Source: Nostoc sp. DedSLP01 (GTDB taxonomy: Bacteria > Cyanobacteriota > Cyanobacteriia > Cyanobacteriales > Nostocaceae). From it: a stretch of DNA of 64,000 bases. The position numbers and the translations under genes are program-made. Within the stretch, counting starts at the first letter, position 1. Every line of letters starts with the position of its first letter. Location: positions 20,778-84,777 of the forward strand of contig JAVRCJ020000032.1 of NCBI GenBank assembly GCA_034530875.2, given 5' to 3'. Shown piece by piece: positions 33,555-43,240 of the stretch. The notes below the pieces were generated by a model. That model had not been told where the DNA came from. It ran no database searches and saw nothing but the letters and a program-made list of their open reading frames with translations.

Positions 33555-34541
33555 ATGGGATCTCGGCCTAGTTCAGTTGTAGAAAAATCTTTAACTGTCA
33601 TAGCAACTAACTCTAAAAGATCGGCGTCCTATTTAGCTGCTATGCGACCGCGACAATGGACAAAAAATCTGGTAGTGTTTGCAGCACCATTGTTTGCATA
33701 TAGCATAAATTGGCAATCTTTGTTAGGTAGCGTACTAGCATTTATATTATTTTGCTGTGCGTCAAGTGGCTTCTACTTGATCAATGACATCGCAGATGTT
33801 GAATCCGATCGCCAGCACCCTGTCAAATGTAAGCGACCGATTGCTGCGGGATTAGTTAGCATCCCTGTTGCTTTGACAATGGCATTAATCTTGCTGGGTG
33901 GTGCTGTGAGTATTGCTTGGTTACGATCGCCGCAGTTGGGTGGAGCGATTACTGCTTATGCCTTATTGCAAGTTGCCTATAATCTAAGGCTCAAACGAGT
34001 GGTGATTTTAGATATTGGCGCGATCGCTACGGGATTTGTGCTGCGAGCTTATGCCGGTGCCGCTGCGACAAATATTGTTTTATCGGGTTGGTTTTTAGTC
34101 TGTACTGCAATGCTGGCACTATTTTTGGGGGTTGAAAAACGCAAAGCAGAATTGCGGTTATCGCAAATTAAAGGTAGCAAACCTCGCTCTGTCCTCAAAT
34201 ACTATTCTTTGCCTTTACTAGAGCGTATGGAAAATGTCGTCACAACTGGCGCAGTTGTCACTTATGCTCTTTGGAGTGGCGGCCCGCACCTGCGTGGTGC
34301 GTCTACTTCTTGGATGCTACTAACGCTACCGTTTGTTTTATATGGAATTTTTCGCTATCAGCTACTAAGCGACCCTCAAGATATTGCGACTTACAGCGAC
34401 AAGGCTCTTGACAAAGGGGGACGAAGCGAACGACCCGAAGAAGTTTTACTGAGAGATTTGCCCATTTTGTTAACAGTCATTGGTTGGGTACTGACTTGCT
34501 TTTTGATTCTCTTCCTCAAACATCATGGAATAATTACCTAA
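33555..34541 (+). CDS. Polyprenyl-phosphate phosphoribosyltransferase (UbiA family, Rv3806c/DPPR-synthase-like)
   Basis: RPRQWTKNLVVF, YLINDIADVESDRQHPVKCKRPIAAG, GFVLRAYAG, EKRKAE, YGIFRY, RPEEVLLRD. Confidence 0.92.
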   Translation: MGSRPSSVVEKSLTVIATNSKRSASYLAAMRPRQWTKNLVVFAAPLFAYSINWQSLLGSVLAFILFCCASSGFYLINDIADVESDRQHPVKCKRPIAAGLVSIPVALTMALILLGGAVSIAWLRSPQLGGAITAYALLQVAYNLRLKRVVILDIGAIATGFVLRAYAGAAATNIVLSGWFLVCTAMLALFLGVEKRKAELRLSQIKGSKPRSVLKYYSLPLLERMENVVTTGAVVTYALWSGGPHLRGASTSWMLLTLPFVLYGIFRYQLLSDPQDIATYSDKALDKGGRSERPEEVLLRDLPILLTVIGWVLTCFLILFLKHHGIIT

Positions 34542-34584
34542 ATCTAATTCATCAGTCAACAGCAAAATCTTCGGTAATTTGCAG

Positions 34585-35277
34585 ATGAAAAATTTCAAAA
34601 TTTGGTTAGTTAAGTGGCTGCGTTGGCACAGTTCGCCGCAGCCAAAAGTCAGAGCGGAGGTTTCCTCCGTAGACGCCCAAAAGGCGGCTTACCGCAGGCA
34701 TCTGAACTTTTCAAGACAGGCATCGCATATCTTACAGAAACGCCACAAACTACCACGACGAGTGCATCTACTAGCTGAAATCGAAATTGCTCGAATTCAA
34801 AGCTGTGGCATTAAAGGAATTATTCTCGATCTAGATAATACGATTGTTTCGGAAGATGACTGCTATCTTTCTCCTTGGGCAGAAGATTGGATTACCAAAG
34901 CAAAGTTAGCAGGATTGGAATTTTTTATCCTCTCAAATGGGAAACGTCGCTATCGCGTCAAATATTGGTCGCATCGTCTGGATATACAGGTTATCAGCCC
35001 AGCGAAAAAGCCTTTTCCGAAAGCATTTCGTCAAGCAATAGCTTATATGCGGCTAGAACCAAAACAAGTAGTTGTTATTGGCGATAGTTTACATACTGAT
35101 GTTTTAGGAGCGTGGCTTTCAGGATGCCATTGCATCCAATCTTCCACACTTCCCCATCCTCCCCGGTGGTGGGAAAAACTCGCTGGCAAATGGATACAAA
35201 CTTCTTATCCAGATGACTACGAAATTTGGGATTTTGATGCTCGTGAGTATAAAAGTTTCTCAGACAATTTTTGTTAG
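34585..35277 (+). CDS. YqeG-like HAD IIIA phosphatase carrying a 33-aa repeat-derived insertion
   Basis: ILDLDNTI (DxD), ILSNG, AKKP, VIGDSLHTDVLG. Confidence 0.88.
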   Translation: MKNFKIWLVKWLRWHSSPQPKVRAEVSSVDAQKAAYRRHLNFSRQASHILQKRHKLPRRVHLLAEIEIARIQSCGIKGIILDLDNTIVSEDDCYLSPWAEDWITKAKLAGLEFFILSNGKRRYRVKYWSHRLDIQVISPAKKPFPKAFRQAIAYMRLEPKQVVVIGDSLHTDVLGAWLSGCHCIQSSTLPHPPRWWEKLAGKWIQTSYPDDYEIWDFDAREYKSFSDNFC

Positions 35278-35285
35278 TGCTTGCT

Positions 35286-35651
35286 ATGAACTATATTCCT
35301 TTGATTCTGTCCGGCGTCTTTTTAAATGCTTTTGCCCAACTATTTTTAAAAAAGGGCATGTTAACCATCGGATATTTCGATTTTTCATTAGCTAATATTT
35401 TACCAATTCTATTTAAGGTTGCGCTTAACCCTTTCATTATTCTTGGTTTAGCGTGTTATGTAATCAGCGTTGGTTTATGGATGCTAGTTCTATCGCGTGT
35501 TGAGGTAAGCTTTGCCTATCCTTTTCTAAGTGTTGGCTACATTATTACTGCAATCATAGGTTACACAGTTTTTCATGAAAACCTATCTGTTAACAGATTA
35601 GCTGGCATATTTTTTATATGTCTTGGTGTTATTTTCATATCCAAAAGGTAG
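35286..35651 (+). CDS. SMR/EamA-type small membrane protein (ArnE/ArnF-like flippase)
   Basis: Four TMs; AQLFLKKG, LWMLVLSRVEVSFAYPFLS, VFHENLS..RLAGI. Confidence 0.85.
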   Translation: MNYIPLILSGVFLNAFAQLFLKKGMLTIGYFDFSLANILPILFKVALNPFIILGLACYVISVGLWMLVLSRVEVSFAYPFLSVGYIITAIIGYTVFHENLSVNRLAGIFFICLGVIFISKR

Positions 35652-35737
35652 CTTCGTAACTACAGAAATCTAATTTGATTTTTGGAAAAAATAGCAGATT
35701 CATCAAGGCAATAGGTAGTTAATAGTTTTAATCTTGC

Positions 35738-35844
35738 TATAGCAGGAGGCAGGAGGCAGAAGGCAGGGGGCAGGAAATAAAACTATTATTATTCCTAGCA
35801 TTTAAGCTTGTCATGATGTCCTAACATATCGGACTACTGCTATA
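35738..35844. mobile_element. MITE-like element, family with three copies in the window
   Basis: TATAGCAG...CTGCTATA terminal inverted repeats; a near-identical inverted copy at 38783-38890 and a diverged copy at 56194-56270. Confidence 0.7.
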
Positions 35845-35966
35845 ACTGCTGATTTTCTATTGCCTATTTGAAAATTGTTAATCAAATAAAACCATCGAAT
35901 TGTAATTTTATTTAGAAGTGTTTATTTTTTCAATTATGGTAGAATTAAAACAAAAAAATAAGGTTT

Positions 35967-36974
35967 ATGAAACACATAATTTTTGGCGGAGATGGTTTTG
36001 TGGGGCGGTATTTAGCCCAAGATTTAATTAATCAAGGTAAAGAAGTTATAGTTTGCGATATCAATCAAAGTAAACTGCCAATTTATCCGGAAGCAAAATT
36101 TATCAAACTAGACATTACAAAAATAGAAGAATTTCATGCGTTAGAAATTCAGCCTAACGATGTTGTTTATCATCTAGCAGCAAGACAGTACGATCGCAAT
36201 ATTCCCAGACGTAACAGACGAGAATATTTTGAAGCTGTAAATTGTGTAGGTACTGCCAATATTTTAGAGTATTTAAATCAACAAGGCGGTCGAAATCTCA
36301 TATATTTCAGTACCGATATGGTTTATGGAAAGCCACTAAAACTTCCTGTAGATATAAACCATCCCAGAAATCCTTACGGCCCTTACGGTCAGAGCAAAAG
36401 AAAATCAGAAGATTTATGTAAATTATATCGAGACGAAGGCATAAATATCACAATTTTTCGACCGCGATTAATTATCGGCCCGGGTAGGTTAGGAGTATTA
36501 GGAAAATTATTTTTTCTCATTAATAAAAATTTGCCAGTTCCAATGATTGGAGATGGCTCTAACCATTATCAGATGGTTTCTGTTTTCGATTGTGTCAGTG
36601 CTATTCAATTAGCTGTCAGCAAAGGAATCCCGAACCAAGAATACAATCTAGGTTCCAAAGCGCCACCAAGTGTCGAAGAACTTTTAGGTAGCTTCATTAA
36701 GAGAGTCAGATCGAATTCTATCTTGCTCAAAACGCCTGGTGGTTTAATCAAGCAAATTTTGAAGTTTCTCGATAACGTTGGCTTGACATTAATGTACGAA
36801 GAACAATTTATGATTGCCGACGAAAACTATATTGTCGATATCTCGAAAACTGAAAACGAGCTTGGCTGGCAACCTGATTATCAAGATGACGAAATGATAT
36901 ATCAGGCATTCAATGAGTATAAAAATCGTTTATCTCCAGTTCCCAAAGCCCGACACGAATCAACAGTGAAATAA
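35967..36974 (+). CDS. NAD-dependent epimerase/dehydratase (extended SDR)
   Basis: GGDGFVG, VYHLAA, STDMVYG, YGQSK (YxxxK), FRPRLIIGPG. Confidence 0.92.
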   Translation: MKHIIFGGDGFVGRYLAQDLINQGKEVIVCDINQSKLPIYPEAKFIKLDITKIEEFHALEIQPNDVVYHLAARQYDRNIPRRNRREYFEAVNCVGTANILEYLNQQGGRNLIYFSTDMVYGKPLKLPVDINHPRNPYGPYGQSKRKSEDLCKLYRDEGINITIFRPRLIIGPGRLGVLGKLFFLINKNLPVPMIGDGSNHYQMVSVFDCVSAIQLAVSKGIPNQEYNLGSKAPPSVEELLGSFIKRVRSNSILLKTPGGLIKQILKFLDNVGLTLMYEEQFMIADENYIVDISKTENELGWQPDYQDDEMIYQAFNEYKNRLSPVPKARHESTVK

Positions 36975-37110
36975 AAATGTTTGGAAGTGAAAATATTTGT
37001 ATATTTCACTTCCAAATGTTCGTGACACTTAATTGTACATTTATTTTGTTTAATAAGTGCTATAAGATATGGAAGTCATTAATGTTGTGTAATATCAAGG
37101 AGTTAAATAT

Positions 37111-38679
37111 ATGATTAAAACTATAAATCAGAGGTGGTCTAAATATCATATTTCTATTTTGATAGTAATTGCGATCGCTATTTTTCTACGCTTTTTTATG
37201 CTGTCAAACCAGAGCTATTGGTATGATGAAGGATTGAGCTTAGTTAATTCTGATGTCTCTACCCTTCAAGAGAGCATTGCAAAAGTTAGAAATATAACCA
37301 ATAGCGATAGATTTCAACCATTTTATTTTATAGTTTTATTTTGGTGGCGTCAGCTCTTTGGTGAAAGTGAATTTGCCGTTCGTTCCTTTTCTGCTCTTTT
37401 AGGAATTGCCTCTATTATCCTTATATTTTTTACTGCCTTACCAATATATGGTAAAAAGCACGCTTTCTGGTCTTTGCTACTTGTAACATTCAGTTCTTTT
37501 TGTGTTTATTACAGCCAGGAAGCAAGAATTTATGCTTTAGCAATGTTTATCGCTTCACTTCAACTATATTTCTTTAGGAAGGTATTAATTAATAATGGAT
37601 ATCATCAAGGAATTTCAAAATGGTTGTTTGCTATTTTTGTCGGTTTAGGAATTTTCACTAATATTAATATATGCGCTTTTACTGCGGCGCTGTGTCTATC
37701 TCATATTGCTATATATAGAAATTTTAAGCAATGGCTGCAATGGTGGATTCCTGCTGCATTGTTATCTTTACCGTCAATTATTTATCACCTGACTTTACGC
37801 GGAGCAACCGATCCAGATACCATTGCAGTTTCTCGTTCGGGGTTTCCGATTATTCAAAATATTCTTTTTGTCATACATGGCCTGTTAGTGGGAACAACTT
37901 ACGGCCCTTCAATGGAACTGCTGCGCGATGAGAATAGGGTGCAAGTTATTCTGAATCACTGGCCTTATATATTGTTATTGTTAATTGTCACTAGTGTAAT
38001 TTTTTGGGCTTTATTAAGAGTTTTATTAAAACAAAAACAACATCATAACAGAGAGCAGCAGTCCGATCGTTTTTTTGCTTCTGTTCTTGTCATAGCATTT
38101 TTACTGGGATTGGTTTTAGCTATAGCAACAAAATTTAATTGGGTACCGCGTCATTCTTATTATCTTTGGTTACCACTTGCTATGCTAATCCCATCAACTT
38201 TTATTCACAGGTATAGTTTTAGCTCCAAAACCGATGGAATATCTCAGTTGGCTCAAATCGCTGCCATATTGCTGATAGTTTTGAATATCTATTCTCTTTC
38301 TAACTACTACTTTAATGAAGACTATCGCAAAGATGATTATCGCTCTGCCGTTCAGTATCTAATCAAAAATCAATCTCCTTCTACACAATCTGTATTATTT
38401 GGGAGTCAGAGATTAGTCAGATACTACGGTGATACTCGAACTCAGGAGATAAACGCTTTAGCTAATAAATTAAAAAAATCAACCTTAAAAGGAACATTGG
38501 CAAAAGAAGTACAAAAAGTAACAAACAATGCAGATGTAGTTTTATTCGCAGTTAATCGCGAGCATCTATTTGGGAAAGGGTTGATTGAAAAACAAATGAG
38601 CGCTCTGTATAAAGTAGATGAGCAAGTTAGTTTTCCATATATAAACATATATCGTTTTTCTAAAAAGAAAAATTCATAA
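37111..38679 (+). CDS. GT-C fold membrane glycosyltransferase (GT39/ArnT/PMT_2-like)
   Basis: LRFF.LSNQSYWYDE, QPFYF, ESEFAVRSFSAL, YYSQEARIYAL; about 11 TMs and a C-terminal soluble domain (KDDYRSAVQYL). Confidence 0.9.
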   Translation: MIKTINQRWSKYHISILIVIAIAIFLRFFMLSNQSYWYDEGLSLVNSDVSTLQESIAKVRNITNSDRFQPFYFIVLFWWRQLFGESEFAVRSFSALLGIASIILIFFTALPIYGKKHAFWSLLLVTFSSFCVYYSQEARIYALAMFIASLQLYFFRKVLINNGYHQGISKWLFAIFVGLGIFTNINICAFTAALCLSHIAIYRNFKQWLQWWIPAALLSLPSIIYHLTLRGATDPDTIAVSRSGFPIIQNILFVIHGLLVGTTYGPSMELLRDENRVQVILNHWPYILLLLIVTSVIFWALLRVLLKQKQHHNREQQSDRFFASVLVIAFLLGLVLAIATKFNWVPRHSYYLWLPLAMLIPSTFIHRYSFSSKTDGISQLAQIAAILLIVLNIYSLSNYYFNEDYRKDDYRSAVQYLIKNQSPSTQSVLFGSQRLVRYYGDTRTQEINALANKLKKSTLKGTLAKEVQKVTNNADVVLFAVNREHLFGKGLIEKQMSALYKVDEQVSFPYINIYRFSKKKNS

Positions 38680-38782
38680 TATTCCAGAAATTCAATTATG
38701 CAATTTTGCGAGCGAAAACCGCGATCGCATTTTTCCCCCTCTGCCTCCCTTACCCAGCCAACGGTGGAATATTTTTTTTAGT

Positions 38783-38890
38783 TATAGCCGTAGTCAGATA
38801 TGTTAAGACATAATGACAAGCGTGAATGCTAGGAATAATAATACTTTTATTTCCTGGCTTCTGCCTCCTGCCTTCTGCCTCCTGCCTCCT
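38783..38890. mobile_element. Inverted copy of the element at 35738-35844
   Basis: The reverse complement matches 35744-35844 over about 100 nt with few mismatches. Confidence 0.7.
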
Positions 38891-39021
38891 CCCATAAAAG
38901 TCCCTGTCTGTAGGCATTGGCTAGAGTAGAATATTGCCGCAGGTAACTGTCCGTCACCTCTTGGACTTAATCTTTGTGGGTGACTTAATTTTCAGTTGCC
39001 ATTACACTCAACTATTCGACC

Positions 39022-40695
39022 ATGCAATCACCCATTACAGTCGGCACTGTCTTGCAAAACCGTTACCGGATAATTCAAATTCTCGGACAAGGAGGATTTG
39101 GTAGAACCTATTTGGCAGAAGACCAGAGGCGCTTTAACGAACTTTGCGCGATTAAGGAATTGGTTTCAACAGCGACGGAAACTTCAGCTTGGGAGAAAGC
39201 ACAAGAGCTTTTTCACCGAGAGGCTGCTATCTTATATCAAATCGAACACCCACAAGTGCCGAAATTTCGGGAAAGATTTGAGCAAGACCAACGTTTGTTT
39301 TTGGTGGAGGACTACGTTGCAGGTCAGACTTACCGAACTCTGCTGACCGAGAAGCAAGCTGTAGGACAAACTTTCACACAAGCAGAAGTATTGGCTCTCA
39401 TTGAGTCTTTGTTGCCTGTTTTAGAGCATATTCACAGTCGAGGGATTATTCACCGGGATATCTCACCAGAAAATATTATTTTGCGAGATAGCGATGGCAA
39501 GCCTGTATTAATTGACTTTGGAGTAGTCAAAGAACTGGCAACGCGCTTGCAATCTCCAGATAGCCTAATGCCAGTAACTAGCGTGGGAAAAATAGGCTAC
39601 TCTCCAAGCGAACAAATGCAAACTGGAGGTGCTTATCCGAGTAGCGATTTGTATGCATTAGCGGTAACTGCGGTTGTTTTGCTGACTGGTAAAGAACCAA
39701 GAGATTTATTTGATGAAAACCAATTAACTTGGAATTGGCAGCGTTGGGTACAAGTTAATCCAGGATTTGCCCAAGTTTTGAATCGAATGTTAAATCATAT
39801 TCCCAGCGATCGCTACCAAACTGCTGCTGATGTATCCCAAGCATTACAATTTTTACAGCAACCCAGTACCCCTAGACCGGAGGTTTCCAACTTGCAGACA
39901 ATTGCTGTTGGCCGCCGTCCTGATTTGGTAGCACCAGCAGCTTCGCCAAAGAAACCTGCTCCCACAATCCCACCAACTCAAACTAGTTCGGTCTTAGATA
40001 ATCCGTTAGCGATCGCAGCAATTGGTATTTTTGTAGTTATTTTAGCCGGGTTTGGTTCTTGGGCGATCGTAAGTTCGATTCGCAGTCAGTCAAAAGCAGC
40101 ACCAGAACAAAAGGTTCCCCAAGATTTTCCCTCACCGGTGATTTCTGAGGGTAGTACATTCACATCTACACCTACACCCACTCCAGAGCAACCTGTTATT
40201 TCTACTAAGCCTTTGAATCTAGGAGCATTTGGCGCTACGGCAGTTGAAGATACTATCAAAGCAAATCAAATCATCCGCTACACTTTTCTTGGTCAAGAAG
40301 GAGTCAAGTTAACTACATTTATTGATGTAGGAAGCAGCGTTTTACTAACAGTAATAAATCCTAATAAACGACCAATTAATAATGCTCAACGAGTCAGATC
40401 TTATGAAGGTACATTACTAGTTACTGGTGTATATACTATTGAGTTAATTCTGCCTCCAGGAATTGCCGAAAGCGATTACAATCTCAATGTTGGATTAGAA
40501 AAACTCATCGAATCTACACCCACAGAAACGCCCACCCCAACCCCAACACCAACTCCAACCGAAACTCCTACCCCCACTCCAACAGAAACTCCAACACCAA
40601 CTCCAACAGAAATTCCAACTCCAGAGATAGAAAATAATAATCCGCTGATTGATAGCACACCTGCGCCAATTCCCAATCCCACAATTTCGCCGTAA
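39022..40695 (+). CDS. Membrane Ser/Thr protein kinase with extracytoplasmic domain and Pro/Thr-rich tail
   Basis: LGQGGFGRTY, AIKE, HRDISPEN, LIDFG, SDLYAL; one TM; (TP)n/ETP repeats. Confidence 0.95.
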   Translation: MQSPITVGTVLQNRYRIIQILGQGGFGRTYLAEDQRRFNELCAIKELVSTATETSAWEKAQELFHREAAILYQIEHPQVPKFRERFEQDQRLFLVEDYVAGQTYRTLLTEKQAVGQTFTQAEVLALIESLLPVLEHIHSRGIIHRDISPENIILRDSDGKPVLIDFGVVKELATRLQSPDSLMPVTSVGKIGYSPSEQMQTGGAYPSSDLYALAVTAVVLLTGKEPRDLFDENQLTWNWQRWVQVNPGFAQVLNRMLNHIPSDRYQTAADVSQALQFLQQPSTPRPEVSNLQTIAVGRRPDLVAPAASPKKPAPTIPPTQTSSVLDNPLAIAAIGIFVVILAGFGSWAIVSSIRSQSKAAPEQKVPQDFPSPVISEGSTFTSTPTPTPEQPVISTKPLNLGAFGATAVEDTIKANQIIRYTFLGQEGVKLTTFIDVGSSVLLTVINPNKRPINNAQRVRSYEGTLLVTGVYTIELILPPGIAESDYNLNVGLEKLIESTPTETPTPTPTPTPTETPTPTPTETPTPTPTEIPTPEIENNNPLIDSTPAPIPNPTISP

Positions 40696-40754
40696 ATTGA
40701 ATAATTTCTCTAGTGACTTAATGAATGTATTTGTCGAAATTGTATTAAGATGAA

Positions 40755-40870
40755 TTACAGCAGAAGTCAGAATTCAGAATTCAGAATTCAGGATTCAGAA
40801 TTAAAACAAGCTCTTTGTTTGGTTTGAAGAGTGAAGTTGTAGACTGCAACTGATTGAAAATCTGCTGTAA
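40755..40870. mobile_element. MITE-like element with (CAGAATT)n interior
   Basis: Perfect 10-bp TIR TTACAGCAGA...TCTGCTGTAA; a diverged relative lies at about 20534-20645. Confidence 0.6.
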
Positions 40871-40901
40871 ACATGAAAAAACGTTAACTATTTAACAATC
40901 A

Positions 40902-41588
40902 TTGTTGAACGCATTACTGATTACTGGAACTGATACAGAGGCTGGTAAAACTGTTTTAACCACAGCGTTAGCAGCTTATTGGCAAAAATATTACCCGCAA
41001 CGTCCTTGGGGAATCATGAAACCGATTCAATCAGGGATTGGCGATCGCGAGTGGTATCAAAATCTATTTACCCTAGAACAATCTGCCGAAGAAATTACAC
41101 CGTTGTATTTTCAAGCACCGCTTGCTCCTCCCATCGCCGCAGCAAAAGAAAATCGCCAAGTAGATTTAGCATTGGTGTGGCAAACTTTGTCTAAATTGCG
41201 ATCGCAGCGCGATTTTTTACTGGTAGAAGCCTTGGGTGGCTTGGGTTCGCCAGTAACCGACGAATTAACGGTAGCTGATTTAGCCGCAGAATGGCGCTTA
41301 CCAACGGTATTAGTAGTACCAGTGAAATTAGGTGCGATCGCTCAAGCAGTGGCAAATGTCGCATTAGCAAGACAATTGCGCGTAGATCTCAAAGGCATTG
41401 TCTTGAACTGCGTACAACCTCGTTCAGATGCACAGATAGCCGACTGGACGCCACCAGAATTAATTCAATCCCTAACTAACACGCCAGTTTTAGGCTGCTT
41501 ACCTTATTTAGAAAACCCTACTGATTTAGACAAACTTGCTCAAATAGCATCAGATTTAGATTTAGAAACACTAATGTTTCAAAATTAA
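40902..41588 (+). CDS. bioD: Dethiobiotin synthase
   Basis: [36 protein letters not shown]. Confidence 0.96.
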   Translation: MLNALLITGTDTEAGKTVLTTALAAYWQKYYPQRPWGIMKPIQSGIGDREWYQNLFTLEQSAEEITPLYFQAPLAPPIAAAKENRQVDLALVWQTLSKLRSQRDFLLVEALGGLGSPVTDELTVADLAAEWRLPTVLVVPVKLGAIAQAVANVALARQLRVDLKGIVLNCVQPRSDAQIADWTPPELIQSLTNTPVLGCLPYLENPTDLDKLAQIASDLDLETLMFQN

Positions 41589-41660
41589 ATTGTGGAAATT
41601 CCCAGTATACAGCTCCCTGATTTCTGGTAAGAAGTCGGGGATTTCAATTTTTTGCGTACA

Positions 41661-41805
41661 TATAGAAATCCGGTTTGATTTGGAGAATTTATTTGTGTGG
41701 TGCGCAAAGCGCAGCGCAAGCGCGATAGACAGGGACTAGGGAGTAGGATAGAAGCCTTGTCTGGATGTACTGATTTTTTTCACGCAATCAAATGTCAGCC
41801 CTATA
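41661..41805 (+). mobile_element. MITE-like element with GC-rich internal insert
   Basis: TATAGAAATCC...CCCTATA ends, same family as 27751-27870; extra GCGCAAAGCGCAGCGCAAGCGC segment inside. Confidence 0.55.
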
Positions 41806-41951
41806 TTAGGTAAAAGCGATCGCATTATTGTGCAATTTCCTGGAGAAATTGAACTAAACTGCGTCTACTTTGAAAAAGCTGACTCGTCAAACTCACGCTA
41901 AAGTGGGAAGATAACCTAAGTTAGGTGTACTTCAACTACCTTATCTTGATA

Positions 41952-43193
41952 ATGGTTTCCACTTTCCCCAATCCCTCTTCTGTTGACCTTTCTCGAATTC
42001 GACTTTCAATTCGCTCATTGCAACCACAATTGATAGAGTGGCGGCGACGATTACATCAACAACCAGAGTTGGGTTTTCAGGAAAAACTGACTGCTAAGTT
42101 TGTGTCAGAAAAATTACAGGAATGGGGAATTGAACATCAAACCGGCATTGCCCAAACTGGCATTGTCGCCACCATTAAAGGTAACAAACCTTGTACAGAC
42201 GCGATTAATCGCGTCTGTACAGATAAAGTTTTGGCAATTCGAGCTGATATGGATGCTTTGCCAATTCAAGAACTTAACGAAGTGCCTTACAAATCCCAGC
42301 ATGATGGAGTAATGCACGCTTGTGGACATGATGGACATACAGCGATCGCTTTAGGTACAGCTTACTATCTGCAACAGCATCGTCAAGACTTCTCTGGTAC
42401 GGTGAAAATTATCTTTCAGCCAGCCGAAGAATCACCAGGAGGCGCAAAGCCGATGATTGAAGCTGGGGTGTTGAAAAATCCTGATGTTGATGCAATTATT
42501 GGTTTGCATTTGTGGAATAACTTACCTTTGGGAACGGTAGGCGTTCGCAGTGGCGCATTAATGGCGGCTGTGGAGTGCTTTAACTGTACAATTTTGGGCA
42601 AAGGTGGACACGGCGCGCTACCCCATCAAACTGTGGATTCCGTTGTCGTTGCGGCTCAAATTGTCAATGCCTTGCAAACTATTGTGTCTCGGAATGTGAA
42701 TCCCATTGATTCAGCTGTGGTGACAGTAGGCGAACTTCATGCTGGAACCAAGCGCAATGTGATTGCTGACACAGCGAGAATGAGTGCCACTGTCAGGTAT
42801 TTTAATCCGAGTTTTAAAGGCTTTTTCCAGCAGCGCGTTGAACAGATTATCGCCGGAATTTGTCAGAGTCAAGGTGCGAATTATAAGTTAGATTATTGGT
42901 CGCTTTATCCACCGGTAATTAATGATGTGAAGATGGCAGAATTGGTGCGTTCTGTCGCAGAACAAGTGGTAGAAACTCCATTGGGAATTGTGCCAGAATG
43001 TCAAACTATGGCTGCTGAAGATATGTCATTTTTCTTGGAAGAAGTGCCTGGTTGCTATTTCTTTTTGGGTTCTGCAAATGCAGAAAAAGGTTTGGCTTAT
43101 CCGCACCATCATCCCCGGTTTGATTTTGATGAGACGGTGTTGGGAATGGGCGTGGAGATATTTGTCAGATGCGTGGAGAAGTTTTTTAGTTGA
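41952..43193 (+). CDS. M20D amidohydrolase (N-acyl-L-amino acid amidohydrolase)
   Basis: RRLHQQPELGFQE, RADMDALP, MHACGHDGH, FQPAEE, GKGGHGA, AEDMS, HHHPRFDFDE. Confidence 0.95.
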   Translation: MVSTFPNPSSVDLSRIRLSIRSLQPQLIEWRRRLHQQPELGFQEKLTAKFVSEKLQEWGIEHQTGIAQTGIVATIKGNKPCTDAINRVCTDKVLAIRADMDALPIQELNEVPYKSQHDGVMHACGHDGHTAIALGTAYYLQQHRQDFSGTVKIIFQPAEESPGGAKPMIEAGVLKNPDVDAIIGLHLWNNLPLGTVGVRSGALMAAVECFNCTILGKGGHGALPHQTVDSVVVAAQIVNALQTIVSRNVNPIDSAVVTVGELHAGTKRNVIADTARMSATVRYFNPSFKGFFQQRVEQIIAGICQSQGANYKLDYWSLYPPVINDVKMAELVRSVAEQVVETPLGIVPECQTMAAEDMSFFLEEVPGCYFFLGSANAEKGLAYPHHHPRFDFDETVLGMGVEIFVRCVEKFFS

Positions 43194-43240
43194 GGAAAAT
43201 TAGCTGTTTTCAATAAGTATAATGTTTGAGGCTGCTTAAT

